Shown here piece by piece: positions 28,438-37,862 of a stretch of DNA of 64,000 nt. The stretch's first letter is position 1. Every line of letters starts with the position of its first letter. The stretch comes from Candidatus Undivivens industriae (lineage in GTDB: Bacteria; Omnitrophota; Gorgyraeia; Gygaellales; Profunditerraquicolaceae): positions 5,946-69,945 of the forward strand of contig JAAYZR010000030.1 in NCBI GenBank assembly GCA_012514745.1, given 5' to 3'. Made by a program: the position numbers and the translations under genes. The notes below the pieces were generated by a model. It did not search any database. It was not told the DNA's origin and saw only the letters and a list, made by a program, of their open reading frames with translations.

Positions 28438-30974
28438 ATATCCGTCTCCCGGGGAACAGGAACGTAATCTTCGAGATCGCAGAGATTCGGACCTTTTTTG
28501 ACGCTCACTTTCAACGGGACCGAAAGCTCCAGCACGTGCCCCATAATCCTCTCCGCTTCCGGAATGAACGTTTCGGCTTCCGCGCGCGGCACGTCGAAAA
28601 TCAGTTCGTCGTGCACCTGCAAGAGCATGCGCGACCGGAGTCCCCGTTCGGCAATCAAACGCTGGATGGAGATCATCGCCGCCTTGATCAGGTCGCTGGC
28701 CGATCCTTGTACCGGGGTATTTACGGCCTTGCGCCTGGCGAACTGTCTGACCGCCATATTCCCGCTGTTTATTTCCGGCAGGTAACGTCTCCTGCCGAGG
28801 ATCGTGGCAACAAATCCTTCCCTCTCGGCGAAAGATATACGGTCGTCGATGAATTCCTTCACCCCCGGATAACGCAGGAAATAAGCGTCGATGAAAGACT
28901 CCGCTTCCCTTACCGTGATACCGAGGTCCTTCCCGAGACCGAATCCGCTCTGCCCGTAAATAATACCGAAGTTCACGCGTTTGGCGGTCTCGCGCATGGC
29001 GTCATCTACATCCTTTTCCGGCACGCCGTAGATCAAAGACGCGGTATGAGCGTGGATATCCTTATCTTCGACAAAGGCATTTATCATGCCGCTGTCGCCG
29101 GAAAGATGCGCCAGTATGCGCAGCTCTATCTGGGAATAATCGCAGGAAAAAAGCTCGTTCCCGGTTTCCGAAGCCACGAACGCCCTGCGTATCCTGCGCC
29201 CGGACTCGCTCCTGACCGGTATGTTCTGCAGATTGGGATCGCTGGAGCTCAAACGCCCGGTCTCGGTGCCGGTCTGGTTAAAACACGTATGTATGCGCAG
29301 TGTGGCCTTGTCCGCGAGGTTCAGCAGGGCGTCTACGTAGGTGGACTTCAGCTTGGCGAGCTGGCGGTATTCCAGCAGCATCGCCGGCAGCCCGTGCTCT
29401 TCCACGAGGCCGCGCAGGACTTCTTCGTCGGTGGACGGACCGGTCTTGGTCCTCTTACGCACCGGGAGCTTCAATTTCTCGAACAGCACGACCCGCAACT
29501 GCTGCGGCGAGTTGATATTGAAACTGCCGCCGGCGCATTCGTAAATATCGGAGGTAAGCGCGAGAATCTTTTTTTCCATCTCCGACGAGAGTTCGCGCAG
29601 TACCGATACGTCAACCTTGATGCCGTCGGCTTCCATACCGGCGAGGACCTCAGCCAGCGGCATCTCTATTTCTTCAAAAAGCTTAAGCAGTTCCTTCTCC
29701 TCCAGCAAGCGCCGCAGGCGGGCGTTCAATCCCTTTATCCCCTCCGTTCCGGAGGCGCTCCCGGACAATCCCTCGCCGTAGGCGCTATACACCTCATCGA
29801 AGGAATAGCCGCCGGAGGAAGGATTCAATAAGTAAGCGGCTATCATGCTGTCGAAACGCATCCCGCGCAAGATTATGCCGCGCGAACGCAGAGCTCCGGC
29901 CGCTCTCTTTAAGTCGTGCCCGTATTTGCCCGCTGAGTCCGATTCAAGTATCCGTTTCAGGTTCTCTCCGGTCTCGGCCGAAGAGAAAGCCATCCCGCAG
30001 GCGTAAATCATAAAGTCGCCTGTGTCCAGCGGCCGGATAAAAACATCTCCGTTCCCCGCGCAGGCGGCATCGTCTCCGCCGGGGACAGGCTGCTCTTGAC
30101 CCGCGCCGGGAGGTTCAGGCAGCGTCTTGAGCAAAGAGCGGAACTCAAGCCGGGTGAACAATTCGCGCAATTTACCGTAGTCGGGTTCTGTTATGCGGCA
30201 GGCCTCAGGCTCCAGTTCCACCGGCGCGCTCCCGTCCAGCGTGACCAGTTCCAGATTAAGCCGGATCATATCTCCGCCGGCCGCGACCGCATTTTTGATC
30301 TTTTCCTGCTTTATCCGCTCCGGATGGGCTAATATCTCCTCCAGGGAACCGTGTTCTTTCAAGAGGGCGACCGCCGTCTTCTGCCCTATGCCGGGGACAC
30401 CGGGTATATTGTCGCTCTGATCGCCCATCAGAGCCAGGACCTGCGGAACAAGACAAGGGGAAACTCCGAAGTCTTTTTCTACCGCCGCCGCGTCATAAAG
30501 AACGCCGCTGCCTTTATAAGGGTTCAGCACCAGAGTATGCCCGTCCACCAGCTGCAAGATATCCTTATCCGGGCTGACGATAACGGTGTTTATGCCTGCC
30601 GCCGAAGCTTTTTTACTCAGGGCCGCGAGAAGATCGTCCGCTTCATATCCTTGCAGCTCGCAGACGCGGAGACGGTAAGCGGATACAGCTTCCCTGATCA
30701 AAGACAGCTGCGAAACAAGCCCCTCGGGCATCGGCGGACGCTGCATCTTGTATTCCGCGAATTTCTCGGAACGGAATGTCTTTCGCGAGACGTCGAAACA
30801 CAGCACGGCAGACCCGGCCTTGCCGGATTTCAACACCTTGTTCAGCATATTGATGAAGCCGTAGACTGCGCCCACAGGCAGCCCGGAAGAAGTGCTTAAT
30901 CCCTGAAGGGCGTAAAACGCGCGGTAATAAAATGCGGTGGCGTCAAACAAATACAACTGCTCGAATGTCTGCAT
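28434..30974 (-). CDS. polA: DNA polymerase I
   Basis: 5'-3' exonuclease (YEADD, GDQSDNIPGV) and polymerase motifs TGRLSSSDPNLQNIP, DYSQIELR, AKRVNFGIIYG and QVHDEL. Confidence 0.97.
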   Translation of the reverse strand: MQTFEQLYLFDATAFYYRAFYALQGLSTSSGLPVGAVYGFINMLNKVLKSGKAGSAVLCFDVSRKTFRSEKFAEYKMQRPPMPEGLVSQLSLIREAVSAYRLRVCELQGYEADDLLAALSKKASAAGINTVIVSPDKDILQLVDGHTLVLNPYKGSGVLYDAAAVEKDFGVSPCLVPQVLALMGDQSDNIPGVPGIGQKTAVALLKEHGSLEEILAHPERIKQEKIKNAVAAGGDMIRLNLELVTLDGSAPVELEPEACRITEPDYGKLRELFTRLEFRSLLKTLPEPPGAGQEQPVPGGDDAACAGNGDVFIRPLDTGDFMIYACGMAFSSAETGENLKRILESDSAGKYGHDLKRAAGALRSRGIILRGMRFDSMIAAYLLNPSSGGYSFDEVYSAYGEGLSGSASGTEGIKGLNARLRRLLEEKELLKLFEEIEMPLAEVLAGMEADGIKVDVSVLRELSSEMEKKILALTSDIYECAGGSFNINSPQQLRVVLFEKLKLPVRKRTKTGPSTDEEVLRGLVEEHGLPAMLLEYRQLAKLKSTYVDALLNLADKATLRIHTCFNQTGTETGRLSSSDPNLQNIPVRSESGRRIRRAFVASETGNELFSCDYSQIELRILAHLSGDSGMINAFVEDKDIHAHTASLIYGVPEKDVDDAMRETAKRVNFGIIYGQSGFGLGKDLGITVREAESFIDAYFLRYPGVKEFIDDRISFAEREGFVATILGRRRYLPEINSGNMAVRQFARRKAVNTPVQGSASDLIKAAMISIQRLIAERGLRSRMLLQVHDELIFDVPRAEAETFIPEAERIMGHVLELSVPLKVSVKKGPNLCDLEDYVPVPRETDI

Positions 30975-31014
30975 TATTTAAAGCATTGAGGAAAGGTATG
31001 GTAATCCGCAGTCC

Positions 31015-31833
31015 TTATTGTAAGAGCGTTCTGCGAACCTGCTCAATAAAGGAACTGATCTCCTTATTGGAAGAATCGAGATATTCTGCTACGGTAGCTT
31101 CTTTTAATGCGGTCACGTATTCCCCTTTATCGTAACTTTCCTTGGCGCGGGTAAGATAGGTTATCGCCCTGCTCCTGTTGTCCAGCGATTTCTGGTCCTG
31201 GCTAAGCTCATCCTCGAACAGGGTCACGGGGGATTGAGAATAATCGGTCTCGTAGAGATCGCTGTCCAGGTCGCTGTATACCGCGGCAGCTGCGGCCGGA
31301 GAAGCCTGCAACATCTCTTTCTGCAGGTTGGCCTTGTACCGGGCTTCTATTTTACCGTATGCCTCGGGGTATACGCTTGCTATACCTTCGAGCCTTTTTT
31401 GGGCCTTGTCCGCCCAGGGGTCGCCCGGGCCGCCCAGAGTGGCCCTTTTTATCCAGTAAAGAACGGCGTTAATGTAATCGCCCTGCCCTTCATATAAAAG
31501 GGCCATGTTGGCGTAGCTGCTCGGGTAATTCGGGGCGACCTCGATAGCGCGCAGGTACATATCCTTTGCCTTTTCCAGCCTGCCGTTGGCTTCATAAAGT
31601 ATACCGAGGTCGTTGTAAGCCTCCACGAAATTGGGATTCAGTGAAATGGCCTTCTGGTAACACGCGGAGGCCTGTTCAAGGTTGTTTTCCTTCTGGTACC
31701 GCAATCCCTCCAAACGGTAAGCGCGCGCCTGGTCCTGTAAAGTAGCCTGAAGCTGACCGCCGGAAAAAGAGACTGCCTGCCCGGGGCCCAAGAACACGAA
31801 TGCCGCCAGAAAACCCGCGATCCTACAAGTCAT
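31015..31833 (-). CDS. Exported tetratricopeptide repeat protein
   Basis: Signal-like N-terminus and TPRs (YQKAISLNPNFVEAYNDLGILYE..., YLRAIEVAPNYPSSYANMALLYE). Start uncertain. Confidence 0.85.
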   Translation of the reverse strand: MTCRIAGFLAAFVFLGPGQAVSFSGGQLQATLQDQARAYRLEGLRYQKENNLEQASACYQKAISLNPNFVEAYNDLGILYEANGRLEKAKDMYLRAIEVAPNYPSSYANMALLYEGQGDYINAVLYWIKRATLGGPGDPWADKAQKRLEGIASVYPEAYGKIEARYKANLQKEMLQASPAAAAAVYSDLDSDLYETDYSQSPVTLFEDELSQDQKSLDNRSRAITYLTRAKESYDKGEYVTALKEATVAEYLDSSNKEISSFIEQVRRTLLQ

Positions 31834-31866
31834 CCCGAATCCCCCCGTGTTTTTCATTAAGTTTAT

Positions 31867-31894
31867 ACTATATTTGATTTTGCGCAAACGTCAA
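31867..31894 (-). promoter_or_regulatory. Sigma70 promoter upstream of TPR-polA operon
   Basis: Minus strand TTGACG, 16-nt spacer, TATAGT, with an A/T tract upstream. Confidence 0.5.
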
Positions 31895-31942
31895 GAAAAA
31901 AATTTTTTATTTGGGCCCGGCGGATACTCCGCGCGCGTCATA

Positions 31943-34126
31943 TCATAACAACGGCGGCATCTCCAATGCGGGATGCCCGGCTTTCGCGAGGAATTCCAGG
32001 AGTTCCTCGATTTTTACCGCCGCCTCTTCATCGGCTATCTTATCGAACAACCCCGGATCGCCGAGCTCTTCGCAGCGCCGGCGCAGGCGTTCGCCGAGCA
32101 TTTCCTTGAGTTCTCTCGGCATCCAAACCACCCTCTTTAACCCGCCTTCGGCGGAGATAAATTTCCTGCTGGCGATATACAATTTCCCGACCCCGAGGAA
32201 ACCGGGCGTCTGCACTCCTCCTCCCACCGAACCTGCCAAGGTGGTGAACGTCATTCCGCAAGGGGTCATGCCGATATGGTCCCGGTGAACGACCATCACG
32301 CCGTTGGCTTCCGGCAACACGGCCACTATACACTCAAAACACCCGCAGGAGGTCTGCGGGGCGTCCAGCAGGGAATACATGCTTACTTTATCCACGGTTT
32401 TGTTGGACTTCAAATAGACGAATTCGTTTATATTCCCCCACTGGCCGGCGCGCTCGTCCAGGATCTTGCCTTTGAGAACGGGCTGGTTGGGACCGGTAGG
32501 CGTGATCTCGTAAGAGGCCTTGGCGTCCAACCAGGAATACGCGCCGCACAACCCCAGCCTCTCCGGAGTTACTATGCAGACGTGATTGGGGGCGAAAGAC
32601 TGGCAGAGCAGACAGGAGTAAAAGGTATCCACGCTCTCATCAGTCATCCCGCTTAAACGCTCATCCCTTTCCGCGAAACTCCCGACGGCCGCCGGCAAAA
32701 ACTTTTCCACCTCGGACTTTTCGGTATATATCTTCACCTGCACCTTGTCCACTATAGCCTGGTATTCCTGATGCAGCATAGCGTGCAATATGACACCCAG
32801 GTGCTTGAGACGGAACCCTTTGGAAAAGGCGTCTTTGGAAACGCGTATCCAGTTCATATCGCGCTGGCCGACGTGCATTATACCCATGGCGTAATTCACG
32901 AAGCGATGTATCTGGCGCTCGAGTATGGGCTCAAAATCCTTCTGCATGCGCCTGCCCGCCACCTCCACGATCAAGGCCAGCGGCAGAGACCTGCCGCCTT
33001 TCGGCAGCGCGTCTATATCCGGCCCGTGTATCTCCACTTTACCGTCTTCCACTTCCCGCAGCGGGCTGCTGTGGAGGTACTCGAAAGCCAGACTGCTCTT
33101 GCCGCCGAACTCCGCGTGAAGCTGATCCCGCCTGACGCGTTCTCCTTCGAAGGCCGCGGCGTAGGGTACCGGAACGGGGACCTCGGAAACCTTGACCTTT
33201 ATGCCGCGCGTCTGTATGCAGGCGGATGCGACGGCGGAATAATCGCTCTGACGCACCAGGGCCTCGTAAAGAGTGGTTTCCAGTTTGGGTACCTCGGGGA
33301 TATCGAGATCGGTAATTATGGGAAACCCCATAGCAAGGGCCCCCAACCCGGTAGCCGTAATAACCTCGTCCACATGGCTTAGAAGAATAACGAAAGCGGG
33401 GACTTTCTCTTTTGTATAAGAAAGTATCTCTTTCCACTGTCCGCATTTATGCCCGCCGTACGTCAGAGGCGCCCTCACCGCCCAGTCCACGGCGTAGATA
33501 ACGGAAAGATAATCCGTGCCCAGGGGCACTATGTAATTGTCCAATCCAACCGCGATACCGGAATCTGCCAGCTGTTTGAGCATGCTCGCGCCGCCGGCGC
33601 TGCCGGCAAGCAGGCTTACGATGCTTTTGGACTGCAGGTCGCGTATCAGGCGCACTGCCGAATCCGCGTCCTTGGCCGGACCGGCGATCACCGCGATACC
33701 TGAAATACGGCCGTCAACCAGCTGGATGCCGAGAGAACGAAGCAGGTTATCGGAAAGGAACCCGGCCGTTTCAGGCTGAGGGTGCCCCCCTTCAAGATAT
33801 TGGAAGGACGCGAGCAGTTCCTCGCATAAAAGGACTGCCAGTCCTTTGTTCAACAGGCCCCCCGCCGCCCCGAGAAAAAGACCGTTGCCGGCCGGATTTC
33901 CAGCCGCGAGTTTCTCCGCCTCCGAAATGATGAGGCCGCAGTCGCCCAAAGTGCGCACCTCTTCGTTCAAGAGCGCTTTTATCAAAGGGAGGGAATAATT
34001 TGTCCCCGGTAATTCCAGAGCCGTCCCGGCCCCGCGCCCTTTAACCAGCCTCTCGGTTTCCGCGCGCGTCAAAGCCAGGACCGCTTTCGTCCCTTTTTCC
34101 CCAAGTTCAGCGATTATGGAAGACAT
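31943..34126 (-). CDS. acsB: CO-methylating acetyl-CoA synthase (ACS/CODH beta subunit)
   Basis: A-cluster motifs FYSCLLCQSFAPNHVCIVTPERLGLCGA and TSCGCFE, plus AFEGERVR, DFEPILERQIH and GGGVQTPGF. ATG 34126 follows GGAG. Confidence 0.96.
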   Translation of the reverse strand: MSSIIAELGEKGTKAVLALTRAETERLVKGRGAGTALELPGTNYSLPLIKALLNEEVRTLGDCGLIISEAEKLAAGNPAGNGLFLGAAGGLLNKGLAVLLCEELLASFQYLEGGHPQPETAGFLSDNLLRSLGIQLVDGRISGIAVIAGPAKDADSAVRLIRDLQSKSIVSLLAGSAGGASMLKQLADSGIAVGLDNYIVPLGTDYLSVIYAVDWAVRAPLTYGGHKCGQWKEILSYTKEKVPAFVILLSHVDEVITATGLGALAMGFPIITDLDIPEVPKLETTLYEALVRQSDYSAVASACIQTRGIKVKVSEVPVPVPYAAAFEGERVRRDQLHAEFGGKSSLAFEYLHSSPLREVEDGKVEIHGPDIDALPKGGRSLPLALIVEVAGRRMQKDFEPILERQIHRFVNYAMGIMHVGQRDMNWIRVSKDAFSKGFRLKHLGVILHAMLHQEYQAIVDKVQVKIYTEKSEVEKFLPAAVGSFAERDERLSGMTDESVDTFYSCLLCQSFAPNHVCIVTPERLGLCGAYSWLDAKASYEITPTGPNQPVLKGKILDERAGQWGNINEFVYLKSNKTVDKVSMYSLLDAPQTSCGCFECIVAVLPEANGVMVVHRDHIGMTPCGMTFTTLAGSVGGGVQTPGFLGVGKLYIASRKFISAEGGLKRVVWMPRELKEMLGERLRRRCEELGDPGLFDKIADEEAAVKIEELLEFLAKAGHPALEMPPLL

Positions 34127-34151
34127 CCGTATTGCTCCCGTGATAAAACGG

Positions 34152-35054
34152 TCACACGACCGCTTCGGTTTTGCCGGATTCGGCCGCGAGTATCTCATCG
34201 GCGGCTCTGATCCCCTGCAGGCGCGCATCTTCCGCGCCCGATTCAGCCGCGGCCTCCCCGCAGGCAAAAACATTATCGACCCCGGCGCGCAGATTCCCGC
34301 CGGTTTTTATCCGCCCGTTCTCGATTTTCGCTTCTCCTCCGGCGGCAAAATCCATGCAGGGATTACCGCGCCGGCAAAAGATCACGGAAGCTGCCTCGAC
34401 TATCTTTCCTCCGCTCAACCTGACCGCTTTCAATTCTTTTCCCTCCCCGATGATCTCTTCAATATCCGTTCCGCATAGGACCTCCGGATTATCACCCGGG
34501 AGATTGGAGAATTCGCCGCCTTCTTTCAACAGCAATTTCACCGTCCTGCCTGCGGAAGAAAAAAGGCCGGCAAGCCTCCGGGAGTCATCGGCCCTGCCGC
34601 AAACGACCACGTTGCCGGGTATGGAAAGCCTCCGCCTGATCTCGTCCGCGTCGGAAAGGCCGAAGAAAACGAAAACCCCTTCTTTGTTCTTCCCCGGGAT
34701 ATCCAGCGCCGGTTTGCGGCCGCCGGCAATGATAAGATAATCGTAAGCCAGCCTGCGGTTGTTCCTCAGATACACCCTCTGCCGGGAGAAATCAATCCCG
34801 CTCACCGCGGCGGGACGGGTGAATTCCACGTTGTGCCCGGAAAAGAAACTTTCTTCGCATAGCATAATTTCACGTTTCTCTATCTTCCCTTCCAGGTAAT
34901 CCGGCAAAAGGTCGCAGTTATACGGTAAATCATCGTCCTGGGCCAAAAGGGTCACTTTCCAGTCCGGCTTCGCCGCAACGAGACTACTGCAGGCCGCGAA
35001 GCCGGCGTTAGTCGCGCCGATGATCAATACTTCAGGTGTCTTCTGAGCGGGCAT
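34152..35054 (-). CDS. FAD-dependent pyridine nucleotide-disulfide oxidoreductase family protein (degenerate)
   Basis: Rubredoxin-reductase/NirB-like scaffold (IIGATNAG, LPY...LPDYL, YDYLIIAGG, IPG...GVF, VFACGE). Confidence 0.8.
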   Translation of the reverse strand: MPAQKTPEVLIIGATNAGFAACSSLVAAKPDWKVTLLAQDDDLPYNCDLLPDYLEGKIEKREIMLCEESFFSGHNVEFTRPAAVSGIDFSRQRVYLRNNRRLAYDYLIIAGGRKPALDIPGKNKEGVFVFFGLSDADEIRRRLSIPGNVVVCGRADDSRRLAGLFSSAGRTVKLLLKEGGEFSNLPGDNPEVLCGTDIEEIIGEGKELKAVRLSGGKIVEAASVIFCRRGNPCMDFAAGGEAKIENGRIKTGGNLRAGVDNVFACGEAAAESGAEDARLQGIRAADEILAAESGKTEAVV

Positions 35055-35082
35055 AAATCGAACTCCTGTTATTTGCCGGCAG

Positions 35083-35100
35083 GCGGTTACGGGTGACGAT
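35083..35100. repeat. Single-arm copy of the CGGTTACGG palindromic element
   Basis: GCGGTTACGGGTGACGAT resembles GCGGTTACGGTTACGAT (reverse complement of 22990-23006); intergenic between metF and the flavoprotein gene. Confidence 0.4.
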
Positions 35101-35113
35101 TAACGGATTCTCA

Positions 35114-35986
35114 TCATCTGCCCGCCGCTTCCAGCAGGCGCGGCACTATGGAAAACCATCCCGCAGGCATCAGATGTATGCCGGCGCACATCGGTTTAAT
35201 CTCCCCGATGAGGCGCGAGAATATTTTCTCCGCAGCGTTCTCGTTATCACCGGAGCTCTCGATCTCTTTTATCAGGCGTTCCGGTACGTTCACTCCCGGC
35301 ACGCGCCGGTTAAGATACCTGGCTGTGCGCGCCGATCTCAACGGCAGTATGCCGGCGAGCACTCTGGAGTCTGAAACCGGCTTTCTGCGCATGAACGCGG
35401 CGAAAGATTCCGCGTCGAAAACGGCTTGAGTCTGGAAAAATTCGGCTCCGGCGGCAGCCTTTTTGGCCATCTTCATCAACTCGAGTTCCTGCGGGTCGGC
35501 TCCGGGATTGACCACGGCGCCGCAAAAGAAATCCGGGGATGCCCCGGACAACGAGTGCCCCCGCATATCCTTGCCCCCGCGCATAGCGGAGAAAACCGAC
35601 AATAACTGCACGGAATCCAGGTCGAAAACCGGTTTGGCCTCACGATGATCCCCCAGTAAAGGATGATCTCCGGTCAACGCCAGGACATTCTTTATCCCCA
35701 ATGCCGCGGCGGCAAGCAGATCGGACTGCAGGGCAATCCGGTTCCTGTCGCGGCAGGTAAGCTGATATACAGGCTCCAATCCGGCATCCTTCAGCCGCAG
35801 GCAAAGCGCCAGCGGACTCTGCCGCATCACCGCCGCGTGCGAATCCGTGACATTGAAAGCGTCCACTCTGCCGCGCATCGAGGACGCGGCCTCAAGCAGC
35901 TCTCCGAAATCCCCGCCTTTCTGCGGATTGAGTTCGCAGGTGACCACGAATTCCCCGGCTTTTATTTTCTTCCTTAATACGCTCAT
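35114..35986 (-). CDS. metF: Methylenetetrahydrofolate reductase
   Basis: NVTD, QLTCRDRNRIALQSDLL, LALTGD, VFDLDS and AGAEFFQTQAVFD. Confidence 0.94.
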   Translation of the reverse strand: MSVLRKKIKAGEFVVTCELNPQKGGDFGELLEAASSMRGRVDAFNVTDSHAAVMRQSPLALCLRLKDAGLEPVYQLTCRDRNRIALQSDLLAAAALGIKNVLALTGDHPLLGDHREAKPVFDLDSVQLLSVFSAMRGGKDMRGHSLSGASPDFFCGAVVNPGADPQELELMKMAKKAAAGAEFFQTQAVFDAESFAAFMRRKPVSDSRVLAGILPLRSARTARYLNRRVPGVNVPERLIKEIESSGDNENAAEKIFSRLIGEIKPMCAGIHLMPAGWFSIVPRLLEAAGR

Positions 35987-36309
35987 TTCTTAAAGATGAG
36001 ATATACCGCCGCTACGATCAAAGCGAAACCGGCCAGATAATTCCATTTCAGCCGTTCGCCGAGATAAAGAACGGAAAAGACCGTAAAAACCGAGAGGGAA
36101 ACCACCTCCTGTATCGTCTTCAGCTGCACGGCGGAAAACGCCCGGTAACCGATGCGGTTGGCGGGCACCTGGAAACAGTATTCGGCGAAAGCTATCAGCC
36201 AGCTGACCATTATCACCGTGAACAAGGGGGCCTTGGCGTATTTAAGGTGCCCGTACCAGGCAAGGGTCATGAAAATGTTGGATATCAGAAGCAGAACGAC
36301 GGTCTTCAT
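35983..36309 (-). CDS. Small DMT-superfamily membrane protein (DUF486/DMT_6-like)
   Basis: SNIFMTLAWYGHLK, SWLIAFAEYCFQVPANRIG and QLKTIQEVVSL. Confidence 0.9.
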   Translation of the reverse strand: MKTVVLLLISNIFMTLAWYGHLKYAKAPLFTVIMVSWLIAFAEYCFQVPANRIGYRAFSAVQLKTIQEVVSLSVFTVFSVLYLGERLKWNYLAGFALIVAAVYLIFKK

Positions 36310-36450
36310 AATCAGTTCGACGCACCGCGGTCTGATCCTCCTGCGGGCTTTAACAGTGAGCCTGTGGAATCGCTCAAGACAGACGGGCGTAGTTTGCTCA
36401 TGATTTTGATAATGGGCGGCGCCTGTTCGGCGCCTCCGCAGTGTAAATGC

Positions 36451-37317
36451 TCAATCATTCCTGGGTTGTTTTTTCTGCATGGATGCCGCTTCAAGGAAAT
36501 TGCGCATAAGAATGGCGGCGGTCACCGGACCAACTCCGCCCGGCACCGGGGTTATCCAGGAAGCCCTGGACGCCGCTTCCGCGGTCTCCACGTCACCGAC
36601 GATCATGCCGTTGCTGCGGTTTATGCCGACGTCTATCACGACCGCTCCTTCCTTGACCCACTTACCTTTGATGATTCCCGCTTTCCCCACAGCCACAACC
36701 AGTATCTCGGCCCGCGAGACGTGCTCCTGCAGTTTTCCGGCGCTGTCAGTGCCTATGTGACAGACTGTGACGGTGGCAAGCTTGTCCAAAAGAAGAAGCG
36801 CCAGCGGGCGTCCCACTATTTCGCTGTGGCCGATCAGTACCGCCTCCCTGCCTTCCAGCCTGACCCCGGACAACTTGATGAGCTCCATCACCGCCGCCGG
36901 GGTGCAGGGAACGATACGCGGACGGGGAAAGAACATATGTCCTATATTATACGGATGCATCCCTTCCACATCCTTCAAAGGGGATATCTCCCTCACCGCC
37001 GCCAGGTAATCTATCTCGTTAGGCAGGGGTTTCTGTATAATGATGCCGTTGACCCCGGCGTCGAGGTTGAGCCTGTCGATCAACCCCTTTAAATCTTCCA
37101 AGGAGGTCTTGGCTGCCAGTTTATGCAGGCGGTAATCGAATCCCAGGGCAGAGGCGAGCCTGGACTGCATCTGCGTGTAAGATCCGGCTGCGGCATTGTC
37201 TCCCACCTGTATGCCCGCCAGGGCGGGACGGAAACCGAGCCGGCCTATCCTGGAACGGATCTCCTCTTTGATACGCTCGGCTATTACGCTACCTTTCAAT
37301 AATCCCGCAGACGCCAT
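36451..37317 (-). CDS. folD: Methylenetetrahydrofolate dehydrogenase (FolD family)
   Basis: GIIIQKPLP, KDVEG, PCTP, GHSEIVGRP, VIDVGIN and TPVPGGVGPVT. Confidence 0.96.
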   Translation of the reverse strand: MASAGLLKGSVIAERIKEEIRSRIGRLGFRPALAGIQVGDNAAAGSYTQMQSRLASALGFDYRLHKLAAKTSLEDLKGLIDRLNLDAGVNGIIIQKPLPNEIDYLAAVREISPLKDVEGMHPYNIGHMFFPRPRIVPCTPAAVMELIKLSGVRLEGREAVLIGHSEIVGRPLALLLLDKLATVTVCHIGTDSAGKLQEHVSRAEILVVAVGKAGIIKGKWVKEGAVVIDVGINRSNGMIVGDVETAEAASRASWITPVPGGVGPVTAAILMRNFLEAASMQKKQPRND

Positions 37318-37855
37318 CCTCTATCTCCGTTCTTATCCTCAACATCGACCGTTTCTTGACCGACAATTCCCTGAGCATCCCCCGGGACAACGCCCTGTCG
37401 CCGATAATCTTCAAATTTATGCGCACGTTAAAATATGCGCCGCGGAAAGCCGCCTCCAGCATGGCCGCGGCGGTGCCGGTGTCGGTGCAAAGATTGGGAT
37501 TGCCTTTTTTCAGCACCTCGGGGCAGAATTTCATTCCTTCGTAAGTAAGCCGGCAAATAATGAAAGAAATATCCAGTGATCTGCGCATGTCCCTGCCGTT
37601 GAAAGCCTCCGCGTCAAGGTCCGCCAGCTCCAGAAACCGCGCGCGCAGCCTCTCAGCCGCTCCGAGAATCTCCTTTAAGCGCTTCTCGTGCGCGGCGTAA
37701 GCTTTCCTGCCGAGCGAGAAATTAAGCACCATGCTTAACAGCGCCGTCCCCATAGCGGCGGCTACCGCTGAGGCGGAACCACCTCCGGGTACCGCGTTGC
37801 CGGCGGCGAGGCAATCGTTGTATCTCTCCAAGCTCTTGCGGCAGTATCTCACCAT
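37289..37855 (-). CDS. fchA: Methenyl-THF cyclohydrolase (FTCD C-terminal family)
   Basis: VPGGGSASA, DAEAF, GNPNLCTD and AYFNVRINL; located between fhs and folD. Confidence 0.85.
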   Translation of the reverse strand: MVRYCRKSLERYNDCLAAGNAVPGGGSASAVAAAMGTALLSMVLNFSLGRKAYAAHEKRLKEILGAAERLRARFLELADLDAEAFNGRDMRRSLDISFIICRLTYEGMKFCPEVLKKGNPNLCTDTGTAAAMLEAAFRGAYFNVRINLKIIGDRALSRGMLRELSVKKRSMLRIRTEIEDGVCGIIER

Positions 37856-37862
37856 GATATCG

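Noticed and set aside
34127-34273. Extended N-termini offered by the ORF track (acsB here; also recJ, CNNM, queA, ispG)
   Set aside because: The extensions overlap upstream genes and lack family similarity. Downstream ATGs fit the family N-termini and gene spacing better.
36325-36400. Partial resemblance to a guanidine-I (ykkC) riboswitch 3' end (AAAGCCCG..GGAGG) before the DMT gene
   Set aside because: The AGGGUUCCG core and the GGGAYAAAAGCCC P3 stem are absent. It also does not match THF, ZTP or fluoride aptamers.
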